From Thermosulfurimonas dismutans (GTDB taxonomy: Bacteria; Desulfobacterota; Thermodesulfobacteria; Thermodesulfobacteriales; Thermodesulfobacteriaceae): a stretch of DNA of 32,000 nucleotides. How positions within the stretch are numbered: the stretch's first letter is position 1; every line of letters begins with the position of its first letter. Under the pieces are notes generated by a model that saw only the letters and a list, made by a program, of their open reading frames with translations, had not been told where the DNA came from and ran no database searches. Below, piece after piece: positions 25,901 to 32,000 of this stretch. Location of the stretch: positions 60,001 to 92,000 of the forward strand of contig NZ_LWLG01000003.1 in NCBI RefSeq assembly GCF_001652585.1, written 5' to 3'. The translations under genes and the position numbers were made by a program.

Positions 25901-26802
25901 TAAGGCCTTACCTCCACCAATTTTTGAACCGGAACTAAGGTTACTTGATCTATGAGATCTTTCCGATGATGTTTTAAGAGTTTTAGGGTTTGAGGATGAG
26001 GATGGGCAATAACTATCAAACGTCCTTGCTTTCTGGCTTTAGCTAACATATTTTCAAAACTTTTCTCAAGGGCAACTTCCTGTAGATTATTATCTAAAAA
26101 GTGCCCTCTTTCTGCAAACGGGATTTTAAGGCTTTGTGCCACGAAAGGAGCTATCGTGTAAGGTGTAGTGCGACTATCGATAAAGAAGAGGTGATTTTCT
26201 CGTAATACTTCCAAGACCCATTTCATCTTTAGGGGGTCTTGTGAAAAGAGTGAACCCATGTGCTGATTGGCCCCAGAAGCGAACGGGACTCTTGAGATCA
26301 TTTCTCGGACTTTATCTTTGATTTCTTTTTCGGTCATAAAGAGTTTCAAGGTTCCGGGACCGGAATTTTTTTCGTTTTCGGCTTCCATAGGAATGTGGAT
26401 CATGACGGTAAAACCTTTTTGGTGGGCCTCCCGGGCGAGTTTTTCAGTGAAGGGGGCATAAGGTAAAAAAGAAAAGTTTAGGGTTAAGCCTAGCTTAAAA
26501 AATTTCCTTTCGAGGATCGGCCGTTGGCCCATGTCATCAATAATGAGGGCTACCCTTGGTCTTTTGAAATTTTTAGGAGCCCTGTGACTTTTGGAAGGTT
26601 TGATTTGGGATGAGGCCAAGGGTTTGCCTTTAGGAATTTGGGGCCTTGTTGGGTAGACTTTTTTGGGCGTTCTAGGTCTCAAAACTGCCAGAAGAGCCAA
26701 GAGCGTGAAAAGAAGAAAGAGAAGGACCAACGCCCAGGCCAAGACCCCCGGAATAATACCAGGTTTTGATCTTCGGGACCTTTTTCGTTTGCTTTTAGGC
26801 AA
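25900..26802 (-). CDS. Divergent polysaccharide deacetylase family protein (YibQ-like), membrane anchored
   Basis: 300 aa. Basic N-terminus plus TM anchor. RVALIIDDMG, LNFSFLPYAPF, HIPMEA and ANQHMGS motifs as in YibQ/DUF610. Confidence 0.8.
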   Translation of the reverse strand: MPKSKRKRSRRSKPGIIPGVLAWALVLLFLLFTLLALLAVLRPRTPKKVYPTRPQIPKGKPLASSQIKPSKSHRAPKNFKRPRVALIIDDMGQRPILERKFFKLGLTLNFSFLPYAPFTEKLAREAHQKGFTVMIHIPMEAENEKNSGPGTLKLFMTEKEIKDKVREMISRVPFASGANQHMGSLFSQDPLKMKWVLEVLRENHLFFIDSRTTPYTIAPFVAQSLKIPFAERGHFLDNNLQEVALEKSFENMLAKARKQGRLIVIAHPHPQTLKLLKHHRKDLIDQVTLVPVQKLVEVRP

Positions 26803-26803
26803 A

Positions 26804-28078
26804 TCAGTACTTGATTTGAGAGAAGGCCTTGAGACTCTTTAAGACCTTTAGGGCCTCTCTCAACTGAAAATCCTTTTTTAGTAGGTCTTGAGCCTTGGTA
26901 GTAGTTTCATTATCGGAGGTCTTTTCTGGATTTTCAAGATGGCCTTCAAGATCCTTTTCTCGAATAAGGGGATGATTCCGGAGGCAATCCGGCTTGATTT
27001 CCGGTATCTCAAGGTCAGGCTCGATGCCTTCGGCCTGGATGGATCGGCCACTCGGGGTGTAATACTGAGCGGTGGTGAGTCTTACTGCCGAGCCATCCGG
27101 TAGAGGAATAATAGTCTGTACGGAACCTTTGCCAAAGGTCTTGGTCCCGAGAATTACAGCCCGGTGGTGATCTTGAAGAGCTCCGGCCACGATCTCCGAA
27201 GCCGAAGCCGTACCGGCATTTACTAAAATGACAATGGGGTAGGCATGTTTGTGCCGATTGGGACGGGCCTTGAATTCGAAGTTCTGATCCTTCCGGCGTC
27301 CTTTGGTATAGACGATAAGGCCCTCGTCTAGAAATTCATCTGCCACTTCGACCGCGGCCTCCAACAGGCCTCCCGGATTGTTGCGCAGATCAAGGACCAG
27401 GCCCTTTAGAGGTTTGTTTTGTTTTTCAAGCTTTTGTAAAGCCTCCCGAAGTTCTTTGGCTGTTTTTTCTTGGAAGCTTGAAATCCTTACATATCCATAA
27501 CCCGGCTCAAGGGTTTGAAAACGTACACTTTTAATGGGAATCACGTCTCGAACAATAGTGATGTCCTTTAATTCTTTGAAGCCCTCTCTGAAAATAGAGA
27601 TGGTTACCTTAGTGCCTTTAGGCCCCCGAAGAAGCTTGACGGCTTCCATAAGGGATATGCCCTTGGTGGGCTTACCATTAATCTTTATGATTTTGTCTCC
27701 GGATTTGAGCCCCGCTTTCCAGGCAGGAGTGCCTTCAATGGGAGCTACTACCGTAAGTACACCATCCTTAATAGTGATTTCGATGCCTATACCTGTAAAG
27801 CTGCCTTTGGTTTCGATCTGGAGTTCCTTATAATCTTCTGGTTTGAGAAAAGAAGAGTGGGGGTCAAGATTGGCCAACATGCCTTCAATGGCCCCATAGA
27901 TAAGATCTTTAGTGGCCACTTCTTTGACATAGTTTTCTTCTACCAGTTCAAGAACCTGAGAAAAGAGTTTTAAGGCTTCGTAAGGATCTTCCTTACGATT
28001 GGCCTCTTTGGCGTAAATGCAAGAGCATCCGAAGAAAGTCCATAACAACAGAATGATAACTGAGACTTTCCTTTTCAT
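26804..28078 (-). CDS. ctpA: S41 carboxy-terminal processing protease
   Basis: 424 aa. Signal peptide, PDZ region (GIGIEITIKDGVLTVVAPIEGTPAWKAGLKSGDKIIKING), catalytic GTASASEI Ser and TFGKGSVQ Lys. Confidence 0.9.
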   Translation of the reverse strand: MKRKVSVIILLLWTFFGCSCIYAKEANRKEDPYEALKLFSQVLELVEENYVKEVATKDLIYGAIEGMLANLDPHSSFLKPEDYKELQIETKGSFTGIGIEITIKDGVLTVVAPIEGTPAWKAGLKSGDKIIKINGKPTKGISLMEAVKLLRGPKGTKVTISIFREGFKELKDITIVRDVIPIKSVRFQTLEPGYGYVRISSFQEKTAKELREALQKLEKQNKPLKGLVLDLRNNPGGLLEAAVEVADEFLDEGLIVYTKGRRKDQNFEFKARPNRHKHAYPIVILVNAGTASASEIVAGALQDHHRAVILGTKTFGKGSVQTIIPLPDGSAVRLTTAQYYTPSGRSIQAEGIEPDLEIPEIKPDCLRNHPLIREKDLEGHLENPEKTSDNETTTKAQDLLKKDFQLREALKVLKSLKAFSQIKY

Positions 28079-28082
28079 ATTT

Positions 28083-29246
28083 TTACCTCAGAATCTTTAG
28101 TTTCTTTAAGTTTAACCATTCTAAAGGATTTTGCGGTTTTTGGCCATATCTCAATTCATAATATACTCCACTTGGTCCATAAGGGGAGGCTCCCACGGTA
28201 CCTAAAAGTTCTCCCGTATGGACTTCTTGTCCGGGGAAGACCTTAGTTTCTCCTAGCCCTCCAATGATGGAAGTAAAATCGTAGCCGTGATCCAGAACTA
28301 CGACTTCGCCTTGACTCTTTATCCAGCGAACCTTTACTACCTTGGCCGAGAAAGGGGCCACGACTTTGCTTCCGGGAGGAGCCCCGATAAAAATTCCGGG
28401 ACTGAAACTTACCTTGCCGGTAAAAAGATCGCGATCTAGGCCAAAAAACCTTAAGACACGCCCTTCTACCGGGGGATAAAGAAAACCCTTAACTTCAAAG
28501 AGAGGCCGCAGGATTATACCTTTGGAGGTTACTTCAGAGGAGGCTCGTTTGATTTTTCGGGTCCTAGAGATTTCTTGTGTCAGCTTTTCCAATTCTTTTT
28601 GGGCCGTCAGTAAGATACTTAGAGTTTCTTTGTATAATTTTTTATTCTGCCTTATTTCGGTTAATAGGGTTTCCTTTTCTTGTTTTAATAGTTTTAATTC
28701 CTTTTCTTTTTCTTTATATTTTTCTTTGTTACTTTCTAGTTCTTGGAACTCCTTCTTCAGTTTTTCCTCGAGGCTTTTTAGTTGTTGTTTCGTTTTCTTG
28801 ATTTCTAATAATTTGTTGGCTTCGCTTTGTATAATAGCATATAAGTAGTCTTCTCTTCTTAAGAAATCATTTATATCTTGTGGATTGAATAATAAGTTTA
28901 TCCATGTAGTTTTTGAAATGGTAATTAATGTACCAATTTCTTTGGATATATTGTTTTTTAGTTGTTGTTCTTTTTGTTTTAATTTTTCTATTTTTGTGTG
29001 AATCCTTGTGAGGTTTTCTTTTGTGTTTTTGATTTTATTTTGGATTTCGGTAATGGCTAGGGATAGATTTTTTATCTGTTTAGCTATATCATTAAGTTCT
29101 TTTAAGATATATTTTTCTTGAAAGTTAGCTTTCTGAAGTAGATTTCTGTTTTCTTTGATTTTCTCTTTTAGAGAACTAGCTTGAGCGTAATGCGCTAGAA
29201 TTAGGAAAAATAGCGCCGTACAGAAAGCCAAGACACTAATGCGCAA
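28083..29246 (-). CDS. envC: EnvC-like murein hydrolase activator (coiled coil plus degenerate LytM/M23 domain)
   Basis: 387 aa. TTG start with signal peptide MRISVLAFCTALFFLILAHYAQA. About 200 aa of K/E/Q/L-rich coiled coil. C-terminal LytM fold in which the Zn ligands are replaced (SPGIFI for HxxxD, GVYYE for HLHFE). Confidence 0.85.
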   Translation of the reverse strand: MRISVLAFCTALFFLILAHYAQASSLKEKIKENRNLLQKANFQEKYILKELNDIAKQIKNLSLAITEIQNKIKNTKENLTRIHTKIEKLKQKEQQLKNNISKEIGTLITISKTTWINLLFNPQDINDFLRREDYLYAIIQSEANKLLEIKKTKQQLKSLEEKLKKEFQELESNKEKYKEKEKELKLLKQEKETLLTEIRQNKKLYKETLSILLTAQKELEKLTQEISRTRKIKRASSEVTSKGIILRPLFEVKGFLYPPVEGRVLRFFGLDRDLFTGKVSFSPGIFIGAPPGSKVVAPFSAKVVKVRWIKSQGEVVVLDHGYDFTSIIGGLGETKVFPGQEVHTGELLGTVGASPYGPSGVYYELRYGQKPQNPLEWLNLKKLKILR

Positions 29247-30067
29247 AATAATCCTATTCCTCCTACCCCTAAAATTAAGTATTTTAAAGGGAATAATATT
29301 AGGTGGGTTTTATAAAAGGGCAATAATCCGGAGAGAGATCTTTCTAGATAGTTTTTGAGAGCCAAAAGTATGCCCAAAGATAGCAGAGAAGAACTTATAC
29401 CTATAAAGAAACTCACTAATACTTTGGGCTTCGCTATATAGCCTGGTGTAGCCCCTAGAAGAGAAAGGATTTCTATTTCCTCCCGTTGTCTTTCTAGAAT
29501 TAAGGTTATAGTTATGCTCATCAGAAATATTAATGATACTATCATTAATCCTATTCCTAAAATAGTCAATAATTTTATCGATTTAGCAAAATTGTTTATT
29601 CTTCCCAGCCAACCCTCCTCATATCTAACCTTCAAAACCCCTTCTTCTTTTTCAATGAGTTTCAGGTAGGGTTTTGCCTTTTCGAAGTCCTTGAGTGGAT
29701 TTTTGAAAGTAATCTCTATAAAGGAGGGTATATTTTGCAGGTCTAGTTCCTCGAGGATTTCAGGAGTTCCCTTAAATATTTCTTGAAGTTTGGCCAATAC
29801 TTGCTCCGATTTGATTAGTTTTATGTTTTCTATTCCCGGTAAATTTTTTATCTTCTTTTGGATGCTAAGCTTTACTTTTTCTTCGAGATCAGGTTTTAAA
29901 TAGATAGTTACGGCCAAACTTTGGGCTGTTTTTTGAGAGAATAAATAAAGATTGAAATATATAAAAGCGAAGAAAAGTAGGAGTGTTACCGAAATATTGA
30001 TAACTAAAAATGAGACAAAATAAGAGCTTTTGTTATTTTTTATTTCCTGAAGAAATTTTTCAAACAT
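29201..30067 (-). CDS. ftsX: Cell-division ABC transporter permease-like protein FtsX
   Basis: 288 aa. TM1, a large periplasmic loop, then three C-terminal TMs. TAATG coupling to ftsE (30065-30069). Extremely AT-rich. Confidence 0.85.
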   Translation of the reverse strand: MFEKFLQEIKNNKSSYFVSFLVINISVTLLLFFAFIYFNLYLFSQKTAQSLAVTIYLKPDLEEKVKLSIQKKIKNLPGIENIKLIKSEQVLAKLQEIFKGTPEILEELDLQNIPSFIEITFKNPLKDFEKAKPYLKLIEKEEGVLKVRYEEGWLGRINNFAKSIKLLTILGIGLMIVSLIFLMSITITLILERQREEIEILSLLGATPGYIAKPKVLVSFFIGISSSLLSLGILLALKNYLERSLSGLLPFYKTHLILFPLKYLILGVGGIGLFCALVSWLSVRRYFS

Positions 30068-30735
30068 TATTGTTTGGTGATAATGCGTCCTTTGTCTAAA
30101 TGTACAACTTTTCGATGGCGATTTTGATATAGACTTTCATCATGGGTAGCGAAAAGTATGGTTATGCCCTCCGCGTTCAGTTCTTCCATAATTTCTAAAA
30201 TTTCACGACTTGCTTGAGGATCGAGGTTTCCGGTGGGTTCGTCTGCTAGGATGAGTTCCGGTTCCCTCACTACGGCCCTGGCAATAGCTACCCGTTGCTT
30301 TTCGCCTCCGGACAGAGCCTTTATTTTCAAATTTTTTCGACCAACTAGTCCTAATCTCGAAAGCACGCTATCTATGCGTTTGCGGGCTTCTTTTTCCGAT
30401 ATTCCTAAAACTTCTAAGCCGAGATAGACGTTCTCATAGACCGTTTTTTCTGAAAGGAGTTTGAAATCTTGGAAAACAAAACCCATTTTCCTTCGCAATT
30501 TCGCAAGATCTTTGCGTTTGAGATTATGGTATTCCAGATCCATGAAGGATATCCTTCCAGAGGAGGGCCTTTCTAAACCGAAGATAAGGTTCAAGAGAGT
30601 AGTCTTCCCAGCTCCGCTCGAGCCGGTAATGAAAACGAATTCTCCACGGGTGATTTTTAGAGAAACTTCGTCCAGAGCCTTAATATAAGGTGGATAAACT
30701 TTAGAAACCTTCTCTAAGGTGATCAGGACATTCAT
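30067..30735 (-). CDS. ftsE: Cell-division ATP-binding protein FtsE
   Basis: 222 aa. Walker [10 protein letters not shown], signature LSGGEKQR, Walker [12 protein letters not shown]. Confidence 0.9.
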   Translation of the reverse strand: MNVLITLEKVSKVYPPYIKALDEVSLKITRGEFVFITGSSGAGKTTLLNLIFGLERPSSGRISFMDLEYHNLKRKDLAKLRRKMGFVFQDFKLLSEKTVYENVYLGLEVLGISEKEARKRIDSVLSRLGLVGRKNLKIKALSGGEKQRVAIARAVVREPELILADEPTGNLDPQASREILEIMEELNAEGITILFATHDESLYQNRHRKVVHLDKGRIITKQ

Positions 30736-30767
30736 TTTTGAGATTTTCTTTTGTCGAATTTTTGGCT

Positions 30768-30773
30768 ATTATA
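30768..30773 (-). promoter_or_regulatory. Candidate -10 element (TATAAT on the minus strand) for ftsE
   Basis: Plus-strand ATTATA at 30768-30773 is a perfect TATAAT on the minus strand, 32 nt upstream of the ftsE ATG. The -35 is poor (TTCTTT-like). The mirrored TATTAT/TATACT on the plus strand could serve pilT. Confidence 0.3.
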
Positions 30774-30805
30774 CTCGATAGTCTGAGGAAAAGAAGGGGG
30801 GGATC

Positions 30806-31897
30806 ATGGCTAAAATCGACGCCTTCCTGAAACTGATGGTGGAGACCGGAGCCTCAGATCTTCATCTTTCGGCTGGTAATCCCCCCATTCTTAGGGTGCA
30901 TGGAGATCTCCAAAGGGTTAAATACAAAGCCCTTGAAAATGAAGAACTTAAGTCCATGCTCTATGAAATCACTCCTGAAGAAAAGATCAAAGAGTTTGAG
31001 GAAAGCGGGGATGTGGATTTTGGTTTCGAGATTCCGGGACTAGCCCGTTTTAGGGTGAATTTCTTCCAGCAGCACCGAGGTGTAGGGGCAGTCTTCCGAT
31101 TGATTCCGAGTCAGGTTAGGACAGTGGAGGAACTGGGACTTCCTCCCATTTTGAACAAGTTGGCCCTCCTCCCCAAAGGTCTAGTTTTGGTAACCGGACC
31201 TACAGGTTCTGGAAAATCTACTACTTTGGCGGCTATGATAGACTATGCCAACCGTATGCGCAAAGATCATATTATTACCATTGAAGATCCTATCGAATTT
31301 GTGCACAAGCCCAAAAACTGTTTGGTCAACCAGAGAGAAGTGGGGGTGCACACCCGTTCTTTTGCTGCGGCTCTGAGGGCGGCCTTGCGTGAGGATCCAG
31401 ATATCATCCTGGTAGGTGAAATGCGGGATCTCGAAACCATTCAGCTTGCTCTAGAGGCCGCTCTTACCGGACATTTAGTAATGTCAACCTTGCATACCAT
31501 CTCCGCCTCCCAGACCGTGGACCGAATTATCGAGATCTTTCCCCATGACCAGCAACCACAAATTCGTTCCTCTCTGGCAGAGTCTCTTAGAGCTGTAATT
31601 TCACAGACGATGTTCAAACGCATAGATCGGCCTGGACGGGTGGTGGCCCTAGAGATCATGATTGCTACCCCGGCGGTGCGCAACCTCATCCGGGAAGGCA
31701 AGACCTATCAGATACCTTCCATTATCCAGACCGGCCGAAAATACGGTATGGTTTCTTTGGACGATGCTATTATGGAATATCTCCAAAAAGGCATCATTGC
31801 TCCGGAAGAAGCCTTAAACAAGGCCCTAGATAAGAGCAGATTCATTCCTTTTGTTAAAGAGGCTAAACTAGCCGACTTTACGGAGATCCCCGGATGA
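30806..31897 (+). CDS. pilT: Type IV pilus retraction ATPase PilT
   Basis: 363 aa. Walker A GPTGSGKSTT, Walker B IILVGEMRD, His box GHLVMSTLHT, PilT-specific AVRNLIREGK. Confidence 0.9.
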   Translation: MAKIDAFLKLMVETGASDLHLSAGNPPILRVHGDLQRVKYKALENEELKSMLYEITPEEKIKEFEESGDVDFGFEIPGLARFRVNFFQQHRGVGAVFRLIPSQVRTVEELGLPPILNKLALLPKGLVLVTGPTGSGKSTTLAAMIDYANRMRKDHIITIEDPIEFVHKPKNCLVNQREVGVHTRSFAAALRAALREDPDIILVGEMRDLETIQLALEAALTGHLVMSTLHTISASQTVDRIIEIFPHDQQPQIRSSLAESLRAVISQTMFKRIDRPGRVVALEIMIATPAVRNLIREGKTYQIPSIIQTGRKYGMVSLDDAIMEYLQKGIIAPEEALNKALDKSRFIPFVKEAKLADFTEIPG

Positions 31898-32000
31898 TCG
31901 GAGAAATAGACATTAGTGAGTTAATAGCTGCTCTGTCTAATCATCGTGAAAGGATTACCGATATCCTTTTTATCGTTGGTCGCCCCTTGCAGGTGGCGGC
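31894..32000 (+). CDS. Second PilT/PilU-like ATPase, N-terminal fragment (runs off the right edge)
   Basis: ATGA overlap with the pilT stop. Manual translation: MIGEIDISELIAALSNHRERITDILFIVGRPLQVA... This resembles the N-terminal domain of PilT/PilU paralogs (xDLHLxxGxPPxxR region). Only 35 codons are visible. Confidence 0.5.
   Translation, partial: MIGEIDISELIAALSNHRERITDILFIVGRPLQVA

Overview
Densely packed bacterial chromosomal segment with about 40 genes and almost no intergenic DNA. I saw no rRNA, tRNA, CRISPR array, transposase or integrase. There are three transcriptional blocks. (1) 1-16036, minus strand: 14 genes joined head-to-tail by overlapping or abutting stop/start codons. In order they are a TetR regulator, NodT/TolC-like outer-membrane factor, MFP adaptor, RND pump, EtfB, EtfA, FixC, FixX, a PglB/STT3-type oligosaccharyltransferase, a GT2 polyprenyl-phosphate glycosyltransferase, a DUF2304-like 3-TM protein, an AsnB-type amidotransferase, an FkbM methyltransferase and a GT4 glycosyltransferase cut by the window edge. 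(2) 16221-25693, plus strand: the conserved rpsB-tsf-pyrH-frr-uppS-cdsA-dxr-rseP cluster, extended by tsaB and two peptide/nickel-type ABC permeases, then a separately promoted hsp20. (3) 25760-30735, minus strand: ftsE-ftsX-envC-ctpA-yibQ-like plus a 46-codon ORF that is below the track cut-off. Divergent from this block are pilT and a second pilT/pilU-like gene cut by the right edge. Most interesting observations: (a) a catalytically intact bacterial N-oligosaccharyltransferase sits with a GT2 and a small membrane protein in a Gtr-like three-component layout; (b) the glycosylation genes are translationally chained to an Etf/FixCX module and an RND efflux system behind one TetR-type, apparently leaderless promoter; (c) sharp in-frame GC-content breaks inside asnB, pglB and envC delimit AT-rich segments (the FkbM gene, the DUF2304 gene, the 3' two-thirds of pglB, and FtsX plus exactly the coiled-coil part of EnvC), suggesting mosaic or recombinant genes; (d) there are candidate regulatory structures upstream of tetR, rpsB and hsp20. 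All function calls rest on motif recognition in the supplied translations and on reading the DNA by eye, not on database searches.
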